A stretch of DNA of 64,000 nucleotides from Candidatus Sungiibacteriota bacterium. GTDB lineage: Bacteria > Patescibacteriota > Minisyncoccia > Sungbacterales > HO2-52-23. The notes below the pieces were generated by a model, which was not told where the DNA came from, searched no databases, and saw nothing but the letters and a program-made list of their open reading frames with translations. The stretch covers positions 283,107 through 347,106 of the forward strand of contig JACPBG010000001.1 of assembly GCA_016180435.1 (NCBI GenBank), written 5' to 3'. The position numbers were made by a program, and so were the translations under genes. Shown here in pieces: positions 39,773 to 49,819 of the stretch (the first letter of the stretch is position 1; each line of letters opens with the position of its first letter).

Positions 39773-39860
39773 TCCACGAATTGATACACTAATCCACGAA
39801 TCACGACTACTTATCCCATTTGTGGATTTGTGTGCTCATTAGTGGATTTGTGTACAAAAC

Positions 39861-40661
39861 TTATCCCATACTCATTCCAATATACCACAACGCTGTCTCG
39901 CTGTAAAAATACGCTGCCGCGCTTCCCGCCAATATGAATGGTCCAAATGGGATTTGGGTTTTTAAATTAACCACGCGCAGGGCAAGCAAAATAACGCCGA
40001 ATGCCGCGCCGATCCAGAAAGAAAAAAGGACGGCCGGAATGGATGCCGGAAATCCCAAAAGGAAAGATGTCGCCAAAACCAATTTTACGTCCCCAAAACC
40101 CATCCACGCGCCGCGGGACAAAAACCAAAGCGCAAAGAAGAAAAAAGCTAGACCCAAAGCCGCCCCAACATCATATCCTATATCTACGAGGCTTAGCCTC
40201 GTAGATTCTCGGATCAGAGAAACAACTAAAAGAGTTACCACGGCGCCGTTGGGGATTATTTTCCAGCGAATGTCGCTAACCAAAATGACAATAGAGGCGG
40301 ATGGAATAACAAAAGCAAACATCAATTCAAAAGCTAAGCGCGGACTTAGCCATAAAGGTATCCCCTCGACTCCGCTCGGGGAATAATAAATGGCGATCAA
40401 GGCAAAAAGTAATCCGGTTGCAAATTCCACCAATGGATACTGCCATGACAATTTCGCGCCGCAGGAACGGCACCGTGCTTTTTGTATGAAAAAACTAGCC
40501 AAAGGAATCAATTCAAACCATTGCAAAGTTTTTCCGCACGACTCACAGCGTGAACGTCCCTTAACGAACGACTCGCCCCGCGCGCCACGTAAAATCACGA
40601 CATTCAAAAAACTGCCTACGCCCAAGCCGAAGAGAAAAGAAAAGATATAATATAAAACCAT
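39861..40661 (-). CDS. pilD: Prepilin peptidase
   Basis: GSFLNVVILR, RSRCESC..CRSC, MGFGDVKL, IPFGPF. Confidence 0.95.
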   Translation of the reverse strand: MVLYYIFSFLFGLGVGSFLNVVILRGARGESFVKGRSRCESCGKTLQWFELIPLASFFIQKARCRSCGAKLSWQYPLVEFATGLLFALIAIYYSPSGVEGIPLWLSPRLAFELMFAFVIPSASIVILVSDIRWKIIPNGAVVTLLVVSLIRESTRLSLVDIGYDVGAALGLAFFFFALWFLSRGAWMGFGDVKLVLATSFLLGFPASIPAVLFSFWIGAAFGVILLALRVVNLKTQIPFGPFILAGSAAAYFYSETALWYIGMSMG

Positions 40662-40879
40662 AAAAAAAATCAGGCCCTGCTCAAATTATACGATGCATAA
40701 CCAATAATGCAACGCGGAACTATGCGGATATACGATATGCTCACTTTTTCCGCTCAAGCGGAAAAAGTGAGCATATCAAAAACGCCATCAAAAAACCTAT
40801 AAAACAAACTTGGACTTCCCAACTGAGAAATCCAAGTTTAAAAATCTACCCCTTTAAATCTTCCGGCCAATCTCAAACT

Positions 40880-41377
40880 TTATGGCTGAACATCATAAAC
40901 ATCTGCGGCAGTACCATCAAACTGTCCTGAAGAAAACGAAACGCCCCCCGAACATCCGGCTCCGCTTGATGAGTTACAGTCCTTATCGCTTGCCATCAAC
41001 TGAACGTTATTGGCGGCATCTTCAATTCTTGTTCCAAGATGATAAGTGGTTCTTGAACCAGCTGCCGGAACCGCATAACAATAGTTAGGCCTACAAGTGC
41101 CGGAAGATCCTGACCCAAGAGGATCAATAGGAATACTTGGGATATAGTTACCGGTGACAAGATCAGTCAAAGCACCTGCATATTGCCCGGCTCCGGCGCC
41201 GTCAAAATAAAGCTCCGACGCCAACTGCAATTGTTTTATGTCGGTGATACGCCGCGCGTTACGCGATTTTAGACGGGCATTGTTAAGAGAGGCAAGCACA
41301 ATAGATGCCAATACTCCGATAATGGCGATAACTACCAGTAACTCAATAAGGGTAAAACCCTTTTTATTTTTAAACAT
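40880..41377 (-). CDS. Probable major type IV pilin (GspG-like)
   Basis: KKG|FTLIELLVVIAIIGVLASIVL; RNARRITDIKQ; has its own promoter and a long leader. Confidence 0.9.
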   Translation of the reverse strand: MFKNKKGFTLIELLVVIAIIGVLASIVLASLNNARLKSRNARRITDIKQLQLASELYFDGAGAGQYAGALTDLVTGNYIPSIPIDPLGSGSSGTCRPNYCYAVPAAGSRTTYHLGTRIEDAANNVQLMASDKDCNSSSGAGCSGGVSFSSGQFDGTAADVYDVQP

Positions 41378-41599
41378 AGGTTTTATTAGATAATTAACTC
41401 TGAATTTGTTGAAGTAATACCATGATGGTATGCCTTCGACAAAACTCAGGCAATAAATTCATATATTTCCTGAATGAAGTTGAAGGATTACCTTAATAAC
41501 TATCCTTGACTTAGCTCGGGAAATAATATTTTAGATTAAATAATAACGCTTTTGACCTTTGATTTTTAAGTGATAATAAAAGAATTTCGACCTTTATTC

Positions 41600-41644
41600 A
41601 TTATATGCGCTTATAAATGCGAATAAAAATGGGGATTATCCACA
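41600..41644 (-). promoter_or_regulatory. Pilin promoter -10 (TATAAT) with an upstream DnaA box
   Basis: attata at 41600-41605; TTATCCACA at 41636-41644. Confidence 0.5.
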
Positions 41645-41662
41645 GGGGCGCGAGCTTCGCCC

Positions 41663-41765
41663 GAGAACTTAGCATTAAGAACTTAGAACTTAGACAAGCA
41701 CCTAGAACCTAGAACTTAGAAAATTAAACTATTTACTAAGTTCTAAACTCTAAGATCTAAATTCT
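41663..41765. repeat. AGAACTT heptamer element
   Basis: 55 bp identical (inverted) to 28333-28387; related copy at 38481-38537. Confidence 0.85.
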
Positions 41766-41777
41766 TTTGCGCTTTTA

Positions 41778-42995
41778 TTAGAGCGCCCCGACCAAATTAT
41801 ATAGCGGCACGAAAATGGCCAGCATAAGAAACGCCACCATAAGCCCCAAAACAAGGATCATGATCGGCTCAATCAAAGTAACCAGGTTATCCAGCATAGA
41901 ATCCACTTCTTTGCGGAAAAAACGCGATAAAGTCGCCAAAATAAAATCCAGGCGGCCGGTCAACTCTCCCACCTTGATCATCTGCACGACCATCACCGGA
42001 ATTTCCGGAACCCGTTCAAAAGCTGAAGAAATCGTATTACCGCCTTTGACCGAGACAATAGCATCCTGCAGGGCTTTTTTATAAATCACGTTTCCCACCA
42101 CCTCGGAGGTGATTTCAAGCGCCCGCAAAATCGGGATGCCCGCCACAATCAGGGTTTGAAGATTGTCCGCAACCCGCGCCATGTAAAGCTTCTGGAAAAG
42201 TTCGCCAAAAAGAGGCAAATGCACCTCCAGACGGTTTAAAAATACCTTTCCCTCCGCGGTTTCGGCCCAGCGCCATAAAAGAAAAATTGAGACAATTATC
42301 ACAATAATTACGGCAATTCCCCAGTCGCGCAGGAAAAACGATACGGCAAATATCATTTCCGTATAAAAAGGCAGGGGCTGATTGGTTTCTTTAAAAATAC
42401 TCGCCAGATCAGGGATAACAACCACGGTCATTACCGCCATAACCGCAACCATGGCAATCAGCACCACCAAAGGATACATAAGGGCATTACGCGCCTTGGA
42501 TGTTAAATAATAATTTCGCTCAATGTAATCGGCAAGGTAGGTAAATGTATCCTGCAATTTCCCGGCCTCCTCCGCGGCCCGCACCAAATTGATATAGAAG
42601 CTTGAAAAAATATTCGTATGCCGCGATAATGCCTGCGATAACGCCAGCCCGCCGGTAACATCCTTTAAAATTTCGGTAACAGCGCCGCGCAGTGAGGGCC
42701 GGAAAGATGTTTCGGCGGACAAGGTCTTCAGAGCGTCAAGTATGGGGACTTGCGCCTCGAAAAGAGTGGAGAGCTGGCGGGAAAAAACCATGACCTCCTT
42801 TTGCGGAACTTTGCCGCGAAAAAACGGGATTCTTGAACTAACTCCCCGGCCGGCAGTTTTTTGTTCCTTGATTTCCACCACCACCAAATTTCCCTGATGC
42901 AATCTTTCAACAGCCGCGTCTTTAGAGGAAACCTCAATAATGCCGGAGCGCAATTCTCCTTCTTTGGTGCGAGCTTTATATTCAAAAATAGGCAT
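41778..42995 (-). CDS. pilC: Type IV pilus platform protein
   Basis: FSRQLSTL, AAEEAGKL, ALMYP, GELTGRLD, LIEP. Confidence 0.95.
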   Translation of the reverse strand: MPIFEYKARTKEGELRSGIIEVSSKDAAVERLHQGNLVVVEIKEQKTAGRGVSSRIPFFRGKVPQKEVMVFSRQLSTLFEAQVPILDALKTLSAETSFRPSLRGAVTEILKDVTGGLALSQALSRHTNIFSSFYINLVRAAEEAGKLQDTFTYLADYIERNYYLTSKARNALMYPLVVLIAMVAVMAVMTVVVIPDLASIFKETNQPLPFYTEMIFAVSFFLRDWGIAVIIVIIVSIFLLWRWAETAEGKVFLNRLEVHLPLFGELFQKLYMARVADNLQTLIVAGIPILRALEITSEVVGNVIYKKALQDAIVSVKGGNTISSAFERVPEIPVMVVQMIKVGELTGRLDFILATLSRFFRKEVDSMLDNLVTLIEPIMILVLGLMVAFLMLAIFVPLYNLVGAL

Positions 42996-43003
42996 TCGTT
43001 ATA

Positions 43004-43145
43004 GCGGTTTCAACCATATTATTTTAGACACGCCTCGCTCGCTCCGGCGGCTCGCTCGCTAAGGGTCGGACGAAACTTTTCCGCCAAAGCGGAAAACCAA
43101 GCAGTTTCGTCCTCCCATTGTCTAAAATCATATGGTTAAAACCGC
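43004..43145 (+). mobile_element. Family-A structured element, copy 3
   Basis: gacacgcctcgctcgctccggcggctcgctcgctaagggtcgg...ccaagc...cctcccattgtc. Confidence 0.85.
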
Positions 43146-43261
43146 ATGTATACTCACTTTATAGCTTTCTCAAGGTATCCGCCTCTGGCGGAATAAAATT
43201 AAACGCAGAGTATTAGCAATTTGTAAATTGGCATTAAATTCGCATCGGATTGGCATCACAT

Positions 43262-44353
43262 CTATCGCTTCAGAAGCGATTTAAGTTCTCCGGGATTTAA
43301 GGAGTACAAAATAGCGTTTTCCATGGATATTTCGCCTCGGCGCACCAAATCCGAAAGCGAGCGGTTCAAACTCACCATCCCCTGCTCAAGATTGGTCTCA
43401 ATCACCAAATCAATCTCATGGATTTTATTTTCCCGGACAAGAGTACGCACCGCCGGATTGGCAATCATGATCTCAACTGCCGGAACCAAGCCCCCGCCGA
43501 TCCGAGGAATCAAGCGCTGGGAAACAATACCTATGAGAGTAGAGGCAAGCTGGGCCCTGATCTGCCCCTGGCGGAAAGATGGAAATGTGTCAATAATCCG
43601 ATCGATGGATTGGGCCGCATTATTGGTATGAAGCGTGGATAAAATCAGGTGGCCGGTTTCGGCGGCCGATACCGCGGTTCCCATGGTTTCGGCATCGCGC
43701 ATTTCGCCGATCATCGCCACATCCACATCTTCGCGAAAAACCGAACGAAGCGCCCGGTCAAAACCAATCGTATCCAGCCCAACTTCGCGCTGGTCAATGA
43801 TCGCACGGTCGGACACAAAAAGGTATTCAATCGGATCCTCAATGGTTATAATATGGTCCGAGCGCGAATGATTGATAAAATCCACTATGGCCGCAAGCGT
43901 AGTTGATTTCCCGTGCCCGGTAGGTCCCACCACCAAGAAAAAACCCTGCTGGATTTGGGCAAATTCCTCCAAAATCGGAGGCAGATTTAATTCTTTCAGG
44001 GAACGGATTTTAGTCGGAACTACGCGAAGAGCCGACCCCATAAAACCTTTTTGATAAAAGGTATTAACGCGAAACCGCACCCGATCTTTAAAGGTATAAG
44101 AAAAATCGAGTTCTTTTTCCTGCAAAAAACGCTCGCGCTGCTCATCGCTCATCAGGGATAACACAAATTCCTCCGTGTCTGCAGGAGTCATTACCGCATG
44201 CTTCACCAGAGGCACGAGCGCCCCATCCACCCGCAAAGTTGGATTGCGTCCCACGGAAATATGCAAATCAGATGCATTTTCTTTCAGGACGGCGTTAAAT
44301 AAATCCTCAAATTTATTTTGCAACGTTGGCTCGCCATTACACTTTCTCGACAC
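43262..44353 (-). CDS. pilT: Type IV pilus retraction ATPase
   Basis: ASDLHI, GPTGHGKSTT, TIEDPIE, GEMRD, TGHLILSTLH. True start is probably TTG at 44323. Confidence 0.93.
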   Translation of the reverse strand: MSRKCNGEPTLQNKFEDLFNAVLKENASDLHISVGRNPTLRVDGALVPLVKHAVMTPADTEEFVLSLMSDEQRERFLQEKELDFSYTFKDRVRFRVNTFYQKGFMGSALRVVPTKIRSLKELNLPPILEEFAQIQQGFFLVVGPTGHGKSTTLAAIVDFINHSRSDHIITIEDPIEYLFVSDRAIIDQREVGLDTIGFDRALRSVFREDVDVAMIGEMRDAETMGTAVSAAETGHLILSTLHTNNAAQSIDRIIDTFPSFRQGQIRAQLASTLIGIVSQRLIPRIGGGLVPAVEIMIANPAVRTLVRENKIHEIDLVIETNLEQGMVSLNRSLSDLVRRGEISMENAILYSLNPGELKSLLKR

Positions 44354-44462
44354 GCCTCGCTCGCTCCTGCGGCTCGCTCGCTAAGGGTCGGCGCGATTTT
44401 CCGCCCATGGCGGATCCAAGCAAATCGCGCCTCCCATTGTCTCGAAAGTACAATGGACTCGC
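44329..44462 (+). mobile_element. Family-A structured element, copy 4
   Basis: Same core; stems differ in sequence but remain complementary. Confidence 0.85.
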
Positions 44463-44476
44463 TATAAAAAATTATT

Positions 44477-44845
44477 TTATTTCTGCAACACCTGTTTAAC
44501 TTTTTCGACAACCTCGCTAGGGGTAAAATGCGCCTTGATCACATAATCATCCGCCCCGAATTCCATGCCTTTTTCCACGTCTTCTTTCTGGCCGAGATTG
44601 GTAAGAAGTATAACTTTGGGAGTGCCGCCTTTTTTGCCTTTTTTTAATTCACGCAAGACCTCAAATCCATCCATCTCGGGCATCACTATATCAAGCAAGA
44701 TGCAATCCGGGGTTGCTGTTTTTAATTTCTCAAGCGCTTCTTTGCCGTTTCGCGCCGAGTCCACGCCAAAACCGCACTCCCGGAATTTGAGCGTGTACAT
44801 ATCCAAAATAAAAGGGTCGTCATCGATTAAAAATACATTAGCCAT
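44477..44845 (-). CDS. Stand-alone response regulator (receiver domain)
   Basis: LIDDD, LLDIVMPEMDG, LLTN, YVIK. Confidence 0.92.
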   Translation of the reverse strand: MANVFLIDDDPFILDMYTLKFRECGFGVDSARNGKEALEKLKTATPDCILLDIVMPEMDGFEVLRELKKGKKGGTPKVILLTNLGQKEDVEKGMEFGADDYVIKAHFTPSEVVEKVKQVLQK

Positions 44846-44963
44846 AAATGTGATGCCAATTTACAAATCTTATGCCAATCTGGCGAATTGCGAATACGCT
44901 AATGATTATTATTCGCAATTTGTAGATTAGCATTAAATTCGCATCGGATTGGCATCATATATA

Positions 44964-46679
44964 TTACACCACTTCCAGCAACTCTTCCATACCCATAATC
45001 CCCTTCAACACTTTAAGCGCTCCGTCTTGGCGCATGGTAATCATACCCTGGCGTTGGGCTTCTTCCAGAAGTTTATTCTCCGTGGCACCGGCCAAAATTA
45101 TTTTTTCAAGCTCCGGAGTCATAGAATACATCTCATAAATCCCGATTCGTCCCCGGGTTCCTTTGGGGCAAGCCGATGAGACCTCGGCTTGATAAATCTC
45201 GGAAGGGATATTCTTGCGGGCCGCCTCCCCCTCTTCGCCCGGAATTTCACTGATCTCTTTAATAATCGTGTCTTTGATTTTTCCCGTAAGTTTGACTTTT
45301 TTGCGCGAATCCGGACAAAGGCGCCTGGTCAGACGCTGGGCCATCATCAAAACAACGGTGGAGGGAATCAAATAAGGGTCAACGCCCATATCGATCAAGC
45401 GCGGAATCACACCCGTCGCATTATTGGTGTGAAGAGTGGACAACACCAGGTGTCCGGTAAGCGCCGCATGTACCGCAAGAGTTGCTGTTTCTTTGTCGCG
45501 TATTTCACCAACCATAATAATATCCGGGTCTTGGCGTAAAATATGGCGAAGGCCCGTGGCAAAATCGTAATTGATTTCCGGACGAACTTGCGACTGATTG
45601 ACTCCGTTGACGTAGTATTCTATGGGATCCTCCAAACTAACGATATTGACTCCCTCTTCATTCAGCATCTGAAGCAGGGCATAAAGCGTAGTGGATTTAC
45701 CGGAACCGGTGGGTCCGGTGATCAAAATCATGCCAAAAGGCGCCTTGATCGCCTCCTCAATCGCGGTTTTATTCCTTCCCGTGATCCCGAGATCTTCCAG
45801 ATTGGAAATGCCGGATGAAGGATCCAAAATACGTATCACCACTTTTTCTCCGAAAGACGTTGGAAAAGTAGATACGCGGAAATCAATTTCCCGGTCAAGA
45901 ATCTTAGCATGAAACCGCCCATCCTGCGGGACCCGGGTCTCATCAATTTTTAAATTTGTCATTACTTTGATCCTGGAAACGAGCGCCGCATGCACTCCCT
46001 GGGGAAGAGTAAGATTGATGTGCAATATGCCATCCACTCGGAATCGGATGCGAAGCTGGTCGCGGCCGGGTTCAATATGAATGTCGGACGCCCTGCCCTC
46101 CACGGCGTGCCGCAAAATTACAGCGACTATCTTGGTCACCGGAGCATCCTCCACGATCTTGGTTTCAGACCCCTTGCCCTTGCCCACTATATCGCCCAGC
46201 GACTCATATTCCTTTTCAAATTCGCCTAAGGCCTTAGTGACCTCTCCGGTCAAATTCTTATACTGCATTAGTACATTCTGAAAATCTGACGGCGTTACAA
46301 TAAACATGCGCAAAGGCAGATTTATGCGCGACGCGATGAATTTTACGGCTTCGCGCGCCGAAACATCCTCCGGGAAAAGCATTCCCGCATCAAAATACCC
46401 TTCGGATTTTCCCAAAGGAATTACGCTGTAATGACGCGCCGATTCTTCCGGAATATCGTGCAGCGCTTCAAGCTCCACCGAAGCCCCTTGCAGATATTTA
46501 ACCGGAAATCCGGTAAGTTCGGCTTTGGCATCTGCCACATCCCCCTCTTGAATCCCGCGGGCATAAAGCACGTCATCTATTGAAATGCTCTTATCCTGCG
46601 CGTCTAAACGAGCTTGCGCGGCTTCATTCAAATCAATTACGCCGCGGGAAACCAAAATGTCCAATAATGAACGGGCCAT
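44964..46679 (-). CDS. pilB: Type IV pilus assembly ATPase
   Basis: ASDIHIEP, PQDGRF, GPTGSGKSTT, LRQDPD, TGHLVLSTLHTN. Confidence 0.93.
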   Translation of the reverse strand: MARSLLDILVSRGVIDLNEAAQARLDAQDKSISIDDVLYARGIQEGDVADAKAELTGFPVKYLQGASVELEALHDIPEESARHYSVIPLGKSEGYFDAGMLFPEDVSAREAVKFIASRINLPLRMFIVTPSDFQNVLMQYKNLTGEVTKALGEFEKEYESLGDIVGKGKGSETKIVEDAPVTKIVAVILRHAVEGRASDIHIEPGRDQLRIRFRVDGILHINLTLPQGVHAALVSRIKVMTNLKIDETRVPQDGRFHAKILDREIDFRVSTFPTSFGEKVVIRILDPSSGISNLEDLGITGRNKTAIEEAIKAPFGMILITGPTGSGKSTTLYALLQMLNEEGVNIVSLEDPIEYYVNGVNQSQVRPEINYDFATGLRHILRQDPDIIMVGEIRDKETATLAVHAALTGHLVLSTLHTNNATGVIPRLIDMGVDPYLIPSTVVLMMAQRLTRRLCPDSRKKVKLTGKIKDTIIKEISEIPGEEGEAARKNIPSEIYQAEVSSACPKGTRGRIGIYEMYSMTPELEKIILAGATENKLLEEAQRQGMITMRQDGALKVLKGIMGMEELLEVV

Positions 46680-46790
46680 AGAACACACTAATCTACTAAT
46701 GTTTACACTAATCCGCGAATCATAAATAGTTATCTTATTTGTGGATTGGTGTGCTCATTAGTGGATTCGTGTACAGGATTTATTTCAAAT

Positions 46791-47123
46791 TTATCTCAAT
46801 GTTTGGCCGGATGCCGGCGCGGATGATGCGCCGCCCACTGCCGCCGCATACGGATTCGGGCGTCCCAAAACCTGTCCCTCCGGCACCAAGGGCGTTAGCA
46901 AATCAGGAATTGAAACAAGCTCACGGAAAAATTCATCCTGAAACGCCGACATATCAAGCTCCACGCTCTCCAGACGCCTATACGAAACCAACCGGGTTTC
47001 CAAATCCGCATCAATAACTGCCGGCGTATCGGATCCGCCCGGAAGTACGGATGTAAACCACCAAAATCCTATGCCTGCGACGACAACAAGCAAAATTATT
47101 ATGATGAGAAGTTGAGTATTCAA
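46791..47123 (-). CDS. Small membrane-anchored pilus-locus protein (PilP position)
   Basis: N-terminal TM and GRPNPY motif; lies between pilO and pilB. Confidence 0.7.
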   Translation of the reverse strand: MNTQLLIIIILLVVVAGIGFWWFTSVLPGGSDTPAVIDADLETRLVSYRRLESVELDMSAFQDEFFRELVSIPDLLTPLVPEGQVLGRPNPYAAAVGGASSAPASGQTLR

Positions 47124-47128
47124 GTTTC

Positions 47129-47262
47129 GCTCGCCGATGCGTTTTCAAGACACGACTCGCTCGCTCCTGCGGCTCGCTCGCTAAGGGTCGGGCAAAATTT
47201 CGCGTTTCGCGCGAACCAAGCAATTTTGCCCTCCCATTGTCTTGAAAACGTATCGGACTCGC
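47129..47262 (+). mobile_element. Family-A structured element, copy 5
   Basis: Same core; stems gggcaaaatt/aattttgccc and ccgatgcgttttcaagaca/tgtcttgaaaacgtatcgg. Confidence 0.85.
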
Positions 47263-47286
47263 TTATAACACAAACTCCATATGTAT

Positions 47287-47862
47287 TTATTGAAAATACG
47301 TTCTCGCTCTTATGGTAAATGTTGGCGCGTCTTTAGATTCTCCGCTCGCCCCGCCGAAATTAATATCCTGCACATCGGTAAAACGCACGCTTTTTTCAAG
47401 ATCCGACAAAAAGTTCTTAAATCCCTCATAAGTTGAGGCCAGGGTTACGGCGAGCGGTATTTCTTTAACCGCAGACGCTAAAAGAGCCGGATCCGGCGAT
47501 CCCTCGGGCAAAGGCTGTCCTGCGGTAACTACTGGCGCAAGCGGAGGATTTAAAGAAACGGTTTTTAACAGCACTCCGCGCGCCTTGCCGATATATTCAA
47601 GAAATGCGATATATTCGGGACCCTGCGGACCATTGGGAATCAATTTGTCTACCCGTTCCAAATCATCCGGCGGGATGGATGCCATGGATGAAGATAATGA
47701 ATCACGAATCTGCAAGAGTTTATCCAGTTCTTCGCTGATCCGTGATAACTGCGTATTTTCCTGACGCAACGCCTGAAAGTCGCGCCACTCCGGCACTAAG
47801 TAAAAAAAGGTTGCAAGCGCCGCACCGAGGATGAAAATTATTAGAATAACTGGTTTGGTCAT
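47287..47862 (-). CDS. pilO: Type IV pilus alignment protein PilO
   Basis: TM, coiled coil, STYEGFKNFLSDLEKSVRFTDV; gene order. Confidence 0.82.
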   Translation of the reverse strand: MTKPVILIIFILGAALATFFYLVPEWRDFQALRQENTQLSRISEELDKLLQIRDSLSSSMASIPPDDLERVDKLIPNGPQGPEYIAFLEYIGKARGVLLKTVSLNPPLAPVVTAGQPLPEGSPDPALLASAVKEIPLAVTLASTYEGFKNFLSDLEKSVRFTDVQDINFGGASGESKDAPTFTIRARTYFQ

Positions 47863-47943
47863 AAACTAGAATTATGAATAATGAGTCACGGAAACTTACG
47901 TCAGTCACAAAAACAATAATCTTGATTCATGCTTCAACTCCAT

Positions 47944-48501
47944 CTATTGCGGTTTTAAATAAAGTAAATCCGGTTTCACAATAATCGATGCCGTAAAACT
48001 CACGGTATTTTTTTCGCCCAGAGACAATCCGCCGAATTCTACACGCTCAACCATCGGATCATTTTCCAAAATAGTAATCTGGCGCGCAAGCGCGGTATAG
48101 TCAAGCGCCTTGCCGGAAACATCAACTTTTCGGCTGCCGGCCAAAAACGCAAAATCTCCGAATTGCACCTGCGGATGAGCTTTATCTTCAACCAGTTTTA
48201 AAACATTTGTGGCGAAAAGATGGCCGGCAAGCAAAGACCGCAGATTCTTAAGCCGCGCATCCAATAGAAATACTTCCTCGGTCGCAGAAGAATTAAGATC
48301 TTCCTCTTTTAATTTAACTTCGGAACGCAAGGTGTCGCGATTATCTGTCTGCTTCTTATTTAATATCGTAAGCGCCCCGTAACCGCCGGCGGTTACCAAA
48401 AAAATGAAGAAAGCCAAAAAATAAACAAAAGCCGGCGCGCCTTGCGGAAGGGGCGGAGCAGTTCTTGGCAGTTGCTCTTGTCTTAATAGTAAGTTTGGCA
48501 T
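47944..48501 (-). CDS. pilN: PilN-like alignment protein
   Basis: TM, coiled coil, VSGKALDYTALARQ; lies between pilM and pilO. Confidence 0.75.
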   Translation of the reverse strand: MPNLLLRQEQLPRTAPPLPQGAPAFVYFLAFFIFLVTAGGYGALTILNKKQTDNRDTLRSEVKLKEEDLNSSATEEVFLLDARLKNLRSLLAGHLFATNVLKLVEDKAHPQVQFGDFAFLAGSRKVDVSGKALDYTALARQITILENDPMVERVEFGGLSLGEKNTVSFTASIIVKPDLLYLKPQ

Positions 48502-48503
48502 GC

Positions 48504-48588
48504 CTTTACGAAATACGAATTTTTACGAATATACGAATCAGCGAGAATTTACTATTCGTAAATTCGTACTGATTAGTATTTCGTAAAG
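48504..48588. repeat. 85-bp TACGAAT-family palindrome filling the pilM-pilN gap
   Basis: Near-identical to 33201-33285. Confidence 0.88.
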
Positions 48589-49704
48589 TCATTTGGAAGT
48601 TATTTCTCGGAGCGCCGCACCCACTGCCACGGAAAAACTCTGCCCTATTTCGCGAAATATCGGCTGCATAAAGACCGGGGCCACCACTCTGGCGAAAGGA
48701 TTTCCGCGAGCAACCTCTATGCCGAATTTAGTGGCGGCAAATTCCACAAGTCCGCGCAAATTGGATCCGCCTCCGGTTAAACTTACTTTTTGCACGCGCC
48801 GCGGGCCTTTGCGGTTATACAGCGAAAACATCCGGTGAATATCAGAAAAAAGCGATTCAACCAAAGGCGATATGACCGAGGTAATTTCGCGCTCCTCAAT
48901 CCGCTCCGATAAACCAACTTCCCGCTTCATGGCTTCGGCCCTTTCCTCACTAACTTCAAGGCCCCGGGCAAGCGCCCTTGTCCATTCATAAGATCCGCGG
49001 TCAAAATTATGCGAAATGCGCACACGCCCCATATCAATTACCACCAAAGATGTGGACAAATGCCCTATATTTATGATGGCAGTGGGCAATGGTTCAATTT
49101 TGGCCAAAGACCGCATCAAACTGAACGTCTCAACCTCCAAAGATCTTATATTCACGCCCGCCAGACCGGCAATCCTTTGGATCTTATCAGTGGTTTCACG
49201 CGGCACCGCGACCAAAAGCACTTCAATTTCTTCATGATTCTCGTCCGGCAAATAAATTTCCCAGTCAAGCAGTACTTCCGAAATCGGAATAGGTACGTAT
49301 TTGCGCGCTTCAAAATGAATTGCGCTCTCAATTTCCTGATCGGTCAGCTTCGGAAGAGAAAGAAGTGTTACAAAACTTGCCGCTGCCGGCACCGGAAAAA
49401 CCACATCATTAGTCGCGACATTCGACTCTTTCAGCAGGTCTTTGATGAGTCCGGCCGTATCTTCCTCGGCATAATGTAAAAACCCGCCGCCGCCGATCGG
49501 AGAACCTTCCTTAAAATATCCGGCCGAGAGCAGTTCGCCATATGTCTCAAGAACCGCCCTCTCGGCTTCGTACTTTAATTGTATCACTTTGGCCGAATAG
49601 GTACCAATATCAAGACCGGCAATCCGTTGCGGCTTGCCTCTGGAAAAGAAAGGCAGAGAAAATTCGGGCAGTGACAGCTTTTTAATAAATGATAGATCAA
49701 CCAA
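48589..49704 (-). CDS. pilM: Type IV pilus assembly protein PilM
   Basis: GLDIGTYSAK, EARKYVPIP, LTGGGSNLRG, AVGAALR. Start approximate. Confidence 0.92.
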   Translation of the reverse strand: MVDLSFIKKLSLPEFSLPFFSRGKPQRIAGLDIGTYSAKVIQLKYEAERAVLETYGELLSAGYFKEGSPIGGGGFLHYAEEDTAGLIKDLLKESNVATNDVVFPVPAAASFVTLLSLPKLTDQEIESAIHFEARKYVPIPISEVLLDWEIYLPDENHEEIEVLLVAVPRETTDKIQRIAGLAGVNIRSLEVETFSLMRSLAKIEPLPTAIINIGHLSTSLVVIDMGRVRISHNFDRGSYEWTRALARGLEVSEERAEAMKREVGLSERIEEREITSVISPLVESLFSDIHRMFSLYNRKGPRRVQKVSLTGGGSNLRGLVEFAATKFGIEVARGNPFARVVAPVFMQPIFREIGQSFSVAVGAALREITSK

Positions 49705-49819
49705 ATCATTTGTATTATACCATAATTTATGGAGGTTAAGCCCCCACAACTTATTGATATTCCATTGCGGTTGACTTGATGTATTGACAACATCAAAATT
49801 TTATCGTACCTATGCTATT

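Noticed and set aside
43004-43145. Family A as a group II intron remnant, tRNA or terminator
   Set aside because: It has no domain V motif, no cloverleaf or T-loop and no U-tract, and it occurs in both orientations.
46739-47017. Plus-strand 92-aa ORF
   Set aside because: It is antisense to the operon-consistent minus-strand gene at 46791-47123 and starts inside a repeat.
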